Program-made: the position numbers and the translations under genes | The notes under the pieces: generated by a model | Told to the model about the DNA's origin: nothing | What the model saw: the letters and a program-made list of their open reading frames with translations, nothing else | Database searches by the model: none | In this document: positions 1 through 11,489 of the stretch, piece by piece | How positions within the stretch are numbered: the stretch's first letter is position 1 | How the letters are laid out: every line of letters starts with the position of its first letter | Origin: the human T2T-CHM13v2.0 reference genome, Homo sapiens | DNA length: 64,000 bases | NCBI RefSeq assembly: GCF_009914755.1 | Contig: NC_060936.1 | Strand: one strand, 5' to 3'

Positions 1-748
1 GGAAAATATAACAATATGGAATCAAGAAGAAAATGAAAACATGAATATAACAAAACCACTAAAAAAAAGCCTGAAATTAAAAATCTGCTCACAAAACCCA
101 GAAGTTGGCACACATTTTTTTTAAATGAGTTTTATCAAACTCTCAAGCAACACATAACCCTGCCTTTCTATAATGTATTCCAGAGAACAGAAAAAGAAGG
201 AGCACTCCAAACTCATACTGTGTGGCTTGTACAATCTTGGCCCTTAAACCAGACACAAAATGTAAGAAAGAAAAACTCTAGCTCAACATCACTAATAAAG
301 AGAGATGCAAAAATCCTAAATGAAATATAAGCATACCAAACATAGCAATATATTAAAATAAGTACATAACGACCAAGTTGGCTTCTGTCAGGAGTACATG
401 AAGAGTTTAAGATTTGCATTAGTGAAGTTCAGTACCTTTGCAGGTTAAAGGAGAAAAGCTACATGATTATTTAAATTGATGCAGAAAAAGCATTTCATAG
501 TTTAGTTTAATTTAAATTATGCTAGCAAAATAGGAACAGATGGAAACTTTCTGTAATCTGATAAATGGTATCAACAGAAAAACTATAGTAAATATCCTAT
601 GTACCAGTAAAATACTAAAAGCAGTCCATTTAAAAACAGGAATAAAATAAAGATACCTAGCACCTACATTTTTATTCAACACTGTACTAAAGCCACTGGT
701 CATACAGTAGAACTAGAAAAGGAAACAAAATGTAAGAATTGAAAAGGA
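1..748 (+). mobile_element. Old L1M ORF2 fragment (degraded)
   Basis: A-rich L1 ORF2-like text, e.g. gatgcaaaaatcctaaatgaaata and gatgcagaaaaagcattt; no intact ORF. Confidence 0.75.
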
Positions 749-1068
749 GGCTGGGCATGGTGGCTCACACCTGTAATCCCAGCACTCTGGGAGGCCGAGG
801 CAGGCAGATCACAAGATCAGGAGATCAAGACCATCCTGGCCAACATGGTGAAACCTGTCTCTACTGAAAATACGAAAAATTAGCCGGGCGTGGTGGTGGG
901 AGTCTGTAGTCCCAGCTACTCAGGAGGCTGAAGCAGGAGAATGGCATGAACCCAGGAGGTGGAACTTGCAGTGAGCCGAGATCCCACCACTGCACTCCAG
1001 CCTGGGCAACAGAGCAAGACTCAGTCTCAAAAAAAATAAATAAATAAAATTAAAAAATTAAAAAAAAT
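749..1068 (+). mobile_element. Alu (AluSc/AluY-like), full length with A-rich tail
   Basis: ggctgggcatggtggctcacacctgtaatcccagc...gactcagtctc followed by an A-rich tail. Confidence 0.95.
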
Positions 1069-1351
1069 AGAGGTTCCAAGATGGCTGAATAGGAACAGCT
1101 CCAGTCTACAGCTCCCAGCATGAGCGATGCAGAAGACGGATGATTTCTGCATTTCCAACTGAGGTACCGGGTTCATCTCACTGGGGCTTGTCAGACAGTG
1201 GGTGCAGGACAGTGGGTGCAGCGCACCAAGCATGAGCCAAAGCAGGGCGAGGCATCCCCTCACCCGGGAAACGCAAGGGGTCAGGGAATTCCCTTTCCTA
1301 GCCAAGGGAAGCTGAGACAGACAGCACCTGGAAAATCGGGTCACTCTCACC

Positions 1352-1519
1352 CTAATACTGCGCTTTATCCAACGGTCCTAGCAAATGGCACACCAGGAGA
1401 TTATATCCCGCACCTGGCTCAGAGGGTCCCACGCCCATGGAGCCTCGCTCATTGCTAGCACAGCAGTCTGAGATTGAACTGCAAGGTGGCAGCAAGGCTG
1501 GGGGAGGGGCCCCCACCAT
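1352..1519 (-). other. L1 antisense ORF0 homologue, 55 aa (MVGAPPPALLPPCSSISDCCASNERGSMGVGPSEPGAGYNLLVCHLLGPLDKAQY*), shortened by an apparent 1-nt insertion
   Basis: Manual translation from ATG at 1519-1517; closely resembles recalled L1 ORF0 (MAGAPPPASLPPCSLISDCCASN...); stop TAG at 1354-1352. Confidence 0.75.
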
Positions 1520-2085
1520 TGCTGAGGCTTGAGTAGGTAAACAAAGCAGCCAGGAAGCTCAAACTGGGTGGAGCTCACCACAGCTCAAGGAGGCCTGCCT
1601 GCCTCTGTAGACTCCACCTCTGGGGGCAGGGCATAGAGGCAGCAGAAATTTCTGCAGACTTAAATGTCCCTGTCTGACAGCTTTGAAGAGAGTAGTGGTT
1701 CTCTCAACACAGAGTTTGAGATCTGAGAACAGACAGACTGCCTCCTCAAGTGGGTCCCGGACTCCCGAGTAGCCTAACTGGGAGGCACCTCCCAGTAGGG
1801 GCCGACTGACACCTCACATGGCTGGGTCCCCCTCTGAGATGAAGCTTCCAGAGGAACGATCAGGCAGCAACATTTGCTATTCTGCAATATTCGCTGTTCT
1901 GCAGGCTCCGCTGGTGATACCCAGGCAAACAGGGTCTGGAGTGGACCTCCAGCAAAGTCCAACAGACCTGCAGCTGAGGGTTCTGACTGTTAGAAGGAAA
2001 ACTAACAAACAGAAAGGACATCCACACCAAAACCCCATCTGTACGTCACCATCATCAAAGACCAAAGGTAGATAAAACCACAAAG

Positions 2086-3098
2086 ATGAGGAGAAACCAG
2101 ACCAGAAAAGCTGAAAATTCTAAAAATCAGAGTACCTCTTCTCCTCCAAAGGAACGCAGCTCCTTGCCAGCAATGGAAAAAAGCTGGATGGAGAATGACT
2201 TTGACGAGTTGAGAGAAGAAGGCTTCAGACAATCAAATTTCTCCGAGCTAAAGGAGGATGTTCGAACCCGTCGCAAAGAAGCTAAAAACCTTGAAAAAAG
2301 ACTAGACGAATGGCTAACTAGAATAACCAGTGTAGAGAAGTCCTTAAATGACCTGATGGAGCTGAAAACCATGGCACGAGAACTATGTGACACATGCACA
2401 AGCTTCAGTAGCTGATTCGATCAACTGGAAGACAGGGTATCAGTGATTGAAGATCAAATGAATGAAATGAAGTGAGAAGAGAAGTTTAGAGAAAAAAGAG
2501 TAAAAAGAAACAAAGCCTCCAAGAAATATGGGACTATGTGAAAAGACCAAATCTACATCTGATTGGTGTACCTGAAAGTGACGGGGAGAATGGAACCAAG
2601 CTGGAAAACACTCTTCAGGATATTATCCAGGAGAACTTCCCCAACCTAGCAAGGCAAGCCAACATTCAAATTCAGGAAATACAGAGAATGCCACAAAGGT
2701 ACTCCTCGAGAAGAGCAACTCCAAGACACATAATTGTCAGATTCACCAAAGTTGAAGTGAAGGAAAAAATGTTAAGGACAGCCAGAGAGAAAGGTTGGGT
2801 TACCCACAAAGGGAAGCCCATCAGACTAACAGCAGATCTCTCAGCAGAAACTCTACAAGCCAGAAGAGAGTGGGGGCCAATATTTAACATTCTTAAAGAA
2901 AAGAATTTTCAACCCAGAATTTCATATCCAGCCAAACTAAGCTTCATAAGGGAAGGAGACATAAAATCCTTTACAAACAAGCAAATGCTGAGAGATTTTG
3001 TCACCACCAGGCCTGCCTTACAAGAGCTCCTGAAGGAAGCACTAAACATGGAAAGGAACAACCCATACCAGCCACTGCAAAGACATGCCAAACTGTAA
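2086..3098 (+). pseudogene. L1 ORF1p (coiled coil-RRM-CTD), disrupted by premature stops
   Basis: ORFs 2086-2415 and 2538-3098 contain ORF1p motifs (RPNL.LIGVPE, ARREWGPIF, YPAKLSF); TGA at 2413-2415. Confidence 0.93.
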
Positions 3099-3161
3099 AG
3101 ACCATCGAGACTAGGAAGAAACTGCATCAACTAACGAGCAAAATAACCAGCTAACATCATA

Positions 3162-4353
3162 ATGACAGGATCAAATTCACACGTAACATATTAATCTTAA
3201 ATGTAAATAGGCTAAATGCTCCAGTTAAAAGACACAGACTGGCAAATTGGATAGAGTCAAGACCCATCAGTGTGTATTCAGGAGACCCATCTCACATGCA
3301 GAGACACACCTAGGCTCAAAATAAAGGGATGGAGGAAGATCTACCAAGCAAATGGAAAACAAAAAAAGGCAGGGGTTGCAATCCTAGTCTCGGATAAAAC
3401 AGACTTTAAACCAACAAAGATCAAAAGAGACAAAGAAGGCCATTACCTAATGGTAAAGGGATCAATTCAACAAGAAGAGCTAACTATCCTAAATATATAT
3501 GCACCCAATACAGGAGCACTCAGATTCATAAAGCAAGTCCTTAAAGACCTACAAAAAGACTTAGACTCCCACACAGTCATAATGGGAGACTTTAACACCC
3601 CACTGTCAACATTAGACAGATCAATGAGACAGAAAATTAACAAGGATATCCAGGAATTGAACTCAGCTCTGCACCAAGCGGACCTAATAGACATCTACAG
3701 AACTCTCCACCCCAAATCAACAGAATATACATTCTTCTCAGCACCACATTGTACTTATTCCAAAATTGACCACATAGTTGGAAGTAAAGCACTCCTCAAC
3801 AAATGTAAAAGAACAGAAATTATAACAAACTGTCTCTCAGACCACAGTGCAATCAAACTAGAACTCAGGATTAAGAAATTCACTCAAAACTGCTCAACTA
3901 CATGGAAACTGAACAACCTGCTCCTGAATGACTACTGGGTACAAAACGAAATGAAGGCAGAAATAAAGATGTTCTTTGAAACCAATGAGAACAAAGACAC
4001 AACATACCAGAATCTCTGGGAGACATTTAAAGCAGTATGTAAAGGGAAATTTATAGCACTAAATGCCCACAAGAGAAAGCAGGAAAGATCTAAAATCAAT
4101 ACCCTAACATCACAATTAAAAGAACTAGAGAAGCAAGAGCAAACAAATTCAAAAGCTAGCAGAAGGCCAGAAATAACTAATATCAGAGCAGAACTGAAGG
4201 AGATAGAGATACAAAAAAACCTTCAAAAAGCAATGAATCCAGGAGCTGGTTTTTGAAAAGATCAACAAAATTGATAGAGCACCAGCAAGACTAATAAAGA
4301 AGAAAAGAGAGAAGAATCAAATAGAAGCAATAAAAAATGATAAAGGGGTTATC
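3162..4353 (+). pseudogene. L1 ORF2p endonuclease domain, frameshifted and truncated before the RT domain
   Basis: ORF 3270-4256 has CIQETH, NIYAPN, GDFNTPL, YSKIDH and SDHSAIK endonuclease motifs; the start region carries small deletions. Confidence 0.93.
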
Positions 4354-4420
4354 AGACTGCTGGCCTCAAGTGATCCACCCACTCAACCCCACAAAGTGCC
4401 TGTAACCACTGCACGAGGAC
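4354..4420 (-). mobile_element. Degenerate Alu left-arm remnant abutting the L1 break
   Basis: gactgctggcctcaagtgatccacccactcaaccccacaaagtgc resembles the antisense Alu left arm with internal deletions. Confidence 0.65.
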
Positions 4421-4679
4421 TCCTCACGTCTGTTTGATCCTTACCTGACTTACTTAGGAACCATCTTCCTTCTAGTTTGAATCCCTAATTATAGATATTT
4501 CCTGTGACTTTATCTTTGCTCCTCGTTTTTCTTCCCTATATAATCTCTCACTGGAAGAGCACAGCCACTCCCATGGCTCCAATTGCCTTTCAGATGCTCC
4601 CAAATCCATCCGTCCAACACTGATGTAGCATTAAACCAACTTCTTACAGGGTAAATCCTCTAGGATTCTAGTCATTTTC

Positions 4680-4681
<2 letters not shown>

Positions 4682-4710
<29 letters not shown>

Positions 4711-4737
4711 ACGAAGTCTCACTCTGTCGCCCGGGCA
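4682..4737 (-). mobile_element. Very short Alu 3' end with long uninterrupted poly(T)
   Basis: T-run followed by gagacgaagtctcactctgtcgcccgggc, after which Alu homology is lost. Confidence 0.75.
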
Positions 4738-5689
4738 GGGTGACCAGGAACTAGTCACTCAAGCTCTCTGTTAATTTCCTCATCTCTGAAAAGCGGGGTC
4801 TACAGATATCATTTCCAAGCTGTTTCTAAATTTCTATGAATTCATGAATTATTGACTCTTCTTGACATTAGCTATTTGTCCAGGATATCACTATTATTCT
4901 AGGCTTATCTTTGACTTATTTCTATTTTTGTGTGCTGATTCCTAATCTGATGCCAAATTTTGCCATTTTTCTTATTGAAATGTCTCTCAAATTTACCCCA
5001 TTTTATCCATTTCCTTGGTTTTCCCTTAGTCCTGGACCTAATAAGTTTAGACTTAGATTCCTTGAAAGGTGTCCAGACAGGCTTTCCTGCTTCCTGTCCC
5101 CTCCTTCATTCAAGTCCTCTGATACACCACTTCTAGATTATTCATGAAAATCTAATAAAAATTGTCACATCCACTTAAGAGCATTCTTATTTAATTCTGT
5201 GCTATCTACTAAAGCAATTCCAGTATCTCTGGCTAGTTTAAGACCCTCCATGACTCCATGTGACTGATCTCTCCAGCTTTCTCACCACTCCTTAGCACTT
5301 AAACTGCATTGAAACGGGTGTCATTGAAGTCACATGTACCTAAACTCCAGCTTCTAAGCCTTTATTCATGCTAATTCCTCAAACTAAAACGGTCTCTTCC
5401 TCTTTTTTCCCAAAGATGCACATTTTTCAAGGACCAACTAAAATTCCACCTATTTAGAGCTTTCTCTAGCATCTCAAGTCTCTGTTCAACTTTCTTCTCA
5501 CCCAAATACAACAGCAGCTAAAACTCGATTATGGATAATTGATTATTCCTTCTTAATTTTTCAAAGCATTGTTTGTTTTAATTTCCAACCGAATTAAAAT
5601 ATTCCTAAAGACAGAAAAAAATAAAAAATAAAAAAATAATAGAATTGGAGGTTAAAGAATGTGATTTTTATAACGTAAATTCTGTGAAA

Positions 5690-7130
5690 CATGTTCAGAA
5701 CTTCTGGCTTGGTGTATGGTCAACTTTCATAAATGTTCCCTCATAGGGGAGATTTCAGCACAACACATTCAGTAATTGATAATGTAAGAAGACAAAAAAT
5801 CAGCAGGTATACAGAAGATGTGAAACCACAATTAGCAAACTTGATCTAAAAAACCAATAACACTACACTGACTGCTGCAGAATGCATATCAAGCCCATGT
5901 TTTACAAGTAAATTCCATTAAAAAAATCAAAAGAATATCAATTTGATTCAACATATGATACCACAGTCATAGTAAAAACAAGCCACAGACTGGGAGAAAA
6001 TATTTGCCATTCATATGATTAACAATGGATAATATCCATAATATATAAAGAGCTCCTATAAACCAATAAGCAAATGATGCAACAGCAAAATGAGCAAAAG
6101 AGAACAACAACTCACATGGCCAACAAACATGGAGAAAATGCTCATTCTTACTGGCAACCCAAAAAATGCAAAAAAAAAAAAAGACCATCATACCGAAAAC
6201 AATGAAATTGATCTCTTCCGCACTCTATACACAAAAATAAATTCCAAGTATTTCCAAGATTCATGTGGAAAAGCAATCTTCCAACATTTTAGGAAAATAA
6301 TAGAATAGCTTTATGATCTTGCTGGATAGAGAGACATTTCTTAAGACACAAAAACATACAAATCGAAGAGAAAAGATCAGTATATTTGACTGCATTTAAG
6401 TTAAAATGAAATATCACTTCATAATCATCAATTGACAAAAAATTAAAATCTACTATCAGCAAGAACTGGTAGGGATATAGAATAAGAAGAATTTTCAGAC
6501 AGTGCTGATGGGGTTATAAATTTGCTCAATTATTTTAGAGAATAATTTGATTATATCCTGTAAATATGTGTGTACTCCATGAGTAATTCCATTCCTAGAG
6601 AAATTCTAACATAGACGCCTCCAAAACACATATGTAAGAGGATTCATAACTGCATCCCTGGTAGTAGAAAATAAGGAATCAACCTCAATGCCCTTAAACA
6701 GGAAACTGGGTAAATAAATGATGGCATATTAATCCATAGAATATGGTAATTCAGTTGAGATGAATGCAGGAGGCCTACATATATCAAAGTGGATACATCT
6801 AAGAAACAACATTAAGAAAAAGAGCAAAATGCTAAATAATATGTATAGTATAATACAATTTAGATGAAGTTTACAAACTGCAAAAATATCATACAGTATT
6901 TAGTGTATGTATGCACAATATAAGTACAAAAATATGAAAATGGTAAACACAACGTTAAGAGCAGTGGTAACGTCAAGGAAGGGAAGGAACAGGGTGAGAA
7001 AGTAAGGGGCGCCCACATGCTTCAATTATATTTGTAACGGCATTTTTCTTTATAAATGATCTGAAGCTAATAGGATAAAATGTATTTTATGGGCAAAGCT
7101 GTGTCATGGTTCCATGGGTATTCATTAGCA
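5690..7130 (+). mobile_element. Old L1ME-type fragments (ORF2 pieces and 3' end)
   Basis: aagccacagactgggagaaaatatttgc, gagtaattccattcctagag and 3'UTR-like text; heavily diverged. Confidence 0.65.
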
Positions 7131-7132
7131 TT

Positions 7133-7441
7133 TTTATTTTTATTTTTTTTGAGACAGGGTCTCACTCTACTGTCACCCAGGCTGGAGTGCAGTGGCACAA
7201 TCATGGCTCACTGCAGCCTCTAACTCCTAGGCCCTAGGCTCAAGTGATCCTCCCAACTCAGCCTCCCGAGTAGCTGGGACTACAGGTGTGCACCACAACA
7301 CCTGGCTAGTTTTTAAAATTTTTTTGTAGAGACAGGGTCTCCTTATGTTGCCCAGGCTGGTCTCAAAATCCCAGGCTCAGGCCATCAGCCCTTCAACCTC
7401 CCAAAATGCTGGGATTACAGGTGTGAGCCACCGTGCCTGGC
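7133..7441 (-). mobile_element. AluJ-type element
   Basis: gagacagggtctcactct...ctcaagtgatcctccc...gtgagccaccgtgcctggc. Confidence 0.9.
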
Positions 7442-8284
7442 AGCTTATTCCTTAGACTTTTCTGTGTATACAAAATATTTCCCAACTTAAAAAAAAATAG
7501 TATCAGTTTCCTCTAACCACCCAATGCAGAAATTCCTCACTTAATGTTTCTGACAATATCCATTCACCTGTGTGACAAATAGTGGTCTATTTGATCATTT
7601 CCAGAATTGGGGAGCTCACTACAATAGAAGATTACTTATTCAGAATGTCCAGGATCTGATCTGAAAAGGATGAGTGCTATTTTTGAGGTTTTTCACGCTT
7701 AGATCAAAAGAACAAAAAGATTGGGTGTGGGGGTGGGGAAGAGGGACTCTTCAGCATATAATACATTTGTAGAATTGCAATTAAATATTTCAAAGCCTTA
7801 GCTACTTGACAAAATGGAGAAATGTATGGGAACCCTCACGACTCCTGCATTATGAAGGCTGCCATAATATCTATTAGAATCTGCATCCACCCCGCCCATG
7901 TGGCTTCTGCAGCATCACTAACCAGTCATTCACAGCTCAACAGGTCACATACCCACCATGCGCCCTGGTGAGAGCAACTCGTTCTTTACTTTTTATAATA
8001 GCATAGCTTTTAAATGGGTGGGCATAAAAGAATGCTGTTTTTATAACAATCCTGTCATTGGAAGCTTCTGGTATTCTCAAAATCCTGGGGAGATGGCGGT
8101 GGGGAGAGGGAGAATAGCCTTTTACTGAACTTTGTAATGCAGCAATTCTGTTGGTGGGCAGATTTGACAGTTAAAAAAGTTCTTCCCCAAAGAATCTGAA
8201 ATCTGTCTTCCCTGAAGGCATTTGGACCTGATTCTGCCCTTGGAAGTCCCCACCGTGAGCTTCTTTAGCAAGAGTAAGTGCTTG

Positions 8285-8318
8285 GTGTGTGTATGTGTGT
8301 GTGTGTGTGTGTGTGTGT
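8285..8318. repeat. (GT)n microsatellite, one interruption
   Basis: gtgtgtgtatgtgtgtgtgtgtgtgtgtgtgtgt. Confidence 0.95.
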
Positions 8319-9844
8319 ATCCAAAACACAGACATCCTATACATATTCCCAATTGTGCCCCATATTTTCTAAGCTTTCTGACGAAATGTTTTAATTTCTG
8401 AGCCTGCCAAGATTCAGATATGAAGGAACTGCATGCAAAGAAATCACAGATTATAACAAGAATTATCTGAAAAATACATAGACCTTAAGGTGGTTATATT
8501 TTTAAAAACATAACCTACTTTAAGTAATTAAAACTGATATATCAATTGTCTGTCACTTCTGGGAAAATTGTACCTTAGGGTCAGAAACATAATTTCACTA
8601 ACAGATTGTACATTATTATGGTTTATCTATATAGTTGGAATCCAACAAGGTTTCACTGAAAAAAATTATGACACTTTATTTTCTTAAGAGCTGATAATTT
8701 ATGAAGACCGCTTAGTCGGCATATAGGATATGTTTTATGGGGAATGGAGATTCCATGATAACATTGTCTTTTAGGGGGTTTATGCTGGGTGTTAGCTATG
8801 TGGGTAGTTAACTTATAAACAATTACAAACCTAATAGAGAGCAAATCAAACATTGCTCATCTGCTCACGGCAAGAGAGGAGAAAAAAGAAGAAAAAATTG
8901 AAAGAGAAAGAAGAAAAAAGGAGAGAAAGAAAAGGGGGGAAGAGCATGAATGCTATCCACTTTAAACAAACAGCAAAGATACAAGGGCAGCAGACTTCTG
9001 TCCATGGGCTCTCAGGCCAAGAATCACAGGTACACTTCCCCTCGTCACCCACCAGGATCACGTGAATCTATCCACACACAGGGAAGGCCAGGCTGCACCC
9101 TCTGCCAGATGTACTCATCCATAGGAGCTGGTCCTCCAAAGGGAATGCAATACAAGGTCACTTCTGGGTACCTCAATGCATGCACTATTACATCTCCTTA
9201 ATCCACGTCTAATACTATACAAACAACTATGAATTCTTACAAACCCCAATACTATTGCTTTTGGCCACACTATGGCTTCCTAACTAGACATTAATGGAGT
9301 TCTCCAAAACATATCATAACTGTTGGTTTTGCCTCTTAAATCCTGATGTTTTTGCTTCTCTAGTCCAGCCTTCAGCAGACAAGGTCTGTATTTAATTTAT
9401 GACAATCTCCTCTACCCAGCTTCAAACTGCCTCAGACTGTTCCAACTCCCTTCTTTCTACCCATTTAAGATCACAAGCTCCCGTGGTTCTTTCCAAAAGC
9501 CAAATGCTGCCAGGTCGACAAGGTTCACAAAGCCCTGTGGCTTGGGAATGAGGAAGAGTCTTTGACCTTGCTTAAGGGTTCAAGCTCTTTCTAGGTTGAC
9601 ACGGTGCCCTTCTGGGGGAGATTCGGGATGCCATGGAAAGAAGGGTGGCCGAGGGTCAGAGAAAGTGCATTGTACGCTGGCTTTGCAACTGCCTGGCCTG
9701 TTATATGACCGTGGCAATATTCTTTAACCTAACTTCCCGCTTCACAAAGCAATTTCATGCACATTACCTTATTTTCTCCTCGCAAAACCTCCACCAACAG
9801 AACAAATACAATCACTTATGTTTCTGTATAAAACTCTGAAGTAG

Positions 9845-10395
9845 CTGTCCATCTCGCTCAGACTAAAATCCAAAGTTCTGACGGAGGCTGATGAGGCCCT
9901 ACATGACCCTGTCTCCAGCTGCCTCTCAGATCTCATCCCCTCCCCACTCCCTTTTGCTCTTTCCCATCCTGTCACACTGGACGCCTGACTGCTCCTCTAA
10001 CACATCAGGAATATACCTGCCCCGGGGCCTTTGCACTTGCTATCTCTCTGTCTGTGCACTCTTTCCCCAGATATGCATACTTTGTGATGCTGTCTGCTCA
10101 AACATGCCCTTATCAGAGAGATCTTCCCTGTCCACCTTACTAAAAAGTATTGCCTTTCCCTCCAGCCACTGCCCCATTTCTCTCTGTCCCCTTACTTTGC
10201 TTCATCTTTCCTCAGAGTACTTATCACATCCTGATACATTATGTATTCATTTCTTTATCTCTGTCACTGTCTGTCCTCCTGCCACTGGAATATAAGCTCC
10301 TTGAGAATAGGCACTTGGCTTTGCTCACTGCTATAACCCCATGGTCTAGAGCAGCACCTGGTATATAGTAAATACTCAACAAATAGTTGTGACAT
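9845..10395 (+). mobile_element. L2 3' end
   Basis: ggcctttgcacttgctatc...actggaatataagctccttgag...atactcaacaaatagttg, typical of the L2a 3' end. Confidence 0.8.
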
Positions 10396-10619
10396 TTGAG
10401 TTAATGGTGTTACCTCCTAAGTTATATGTGAATAAATTGGGAGTCATGGAGGTTAAATAACTTTCCCAAGGACATAGAGCTACTAATTCACAGCCAATGC
10501 TCATGCTTCTCACTGAAACTTGTAAGACCGGGATTCTACTCCCAACTTCTGCACTTGCCAGCCAGGTGACCTTGGGACAATGACATCACTCTGAATCTTG
10601 AATTGTATTTAACAATATA

Positions 10620-10979
10620 TGATATGGTTTGTCTCTGTGTCCCCACCCAAATCTCATTCGAATTGTAATCCCCACATGTCGAGGGAGGGACCTGGTGGAA
10701 GGTGACTGAATCATGGGGACGGTTTCCCCCATGTTGTTCTCATGACAGTGAGGAGTTCTCATGAGATTTGATAATTGAAAATTGACAGTCTCCCCTGCAC
10801 TCTCTCTCTCTCCTGCCGCCATATAAGATGTGCTTTGCCTCCCTTTCACCTTCTGCCATGATTGTAAGTTTCCTGAGGCCTCCCCAGCCATGTGGAACTG
10901 AGCCAACTAAATCCCTTTCCTTTATAAACTACTCAGTTTCGGGCAGTTCTTTATAGTAGTGTGAAAACAAACTAATACA
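10620..10979 (+). mobile_element. MaLR solo LTR (THE1D-like)
   Basis: TGatatggtttg...actaataCA with 5-bp TSD atata/ataca. Confidence 0.9.
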
Positions 10980-11489
10980 ATACAGCTTTTCAAATGTGCA
11001 CAGCTTTACAATTTACATAATTCCTTTAGGTCTATATCATGTCTGTTCTTTATAGTCATTACCACTCGGTGAGTTAGGTAGGATGGGTCCATAGTATCCT
11101 TTATAGAGAGAAGTTCAGAGGACTCAAGGTGGTGCATTTAGAAAGCATCAGAAGCAAGTTTTCTGACCCAATTCAGGACTCTGAAGTCCTCTCCAGATCT
11201 AATGTGTTCCCAGCTTTCCCCACCCCCAGAGGATACCCAATCAACTTTCTAGAACATCAATCCAATTCTCCAAGTTAAACATACCTTCCGAGTTTATCTT
11301 TGAAACATTTCCAACATTTGAAGCCGGCTCAGCTTTCCCCTGGTCTCTCCTTCCTCTGAACAGATGGTGTATGTGGAATTTGCACCAGTCTATCTGACGT
11401 TGGTAAACTGTCTTGTGTTCATTTTTTCTAAATGATATGTTCTAAACAATATTTGTTGACAGACAAGACATCCCAATATTGTCCACTCC

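Larger units (their letters stand above)
1069..4353 (+). mobile_element. L1PA element (L1PA4-6-like): complete 5'UTR, ORF1 and 5' part of ORF2; 3'-truncated
   Basis: 5' end gaggttccaagatggctgaataggaacagctcc; ORF1 ATG at 2086; ORF2 ATG at 3162; L1 homology ends at ...gataaaggggttatca. The ~1.0-kb UTR retains the extra segment absent from L1PA2/L1HS. Confidence 0.95.

Noticed and set aside
3270-4256. 328-aa ORF as an active or domesticated endonuclease gene
   Set aside because: Starts at GTG, lacks the ORF2p N-terminus because of frameshifts, upstream ORF1 has stops and RT is absent; consistent with a decaying L1PA.
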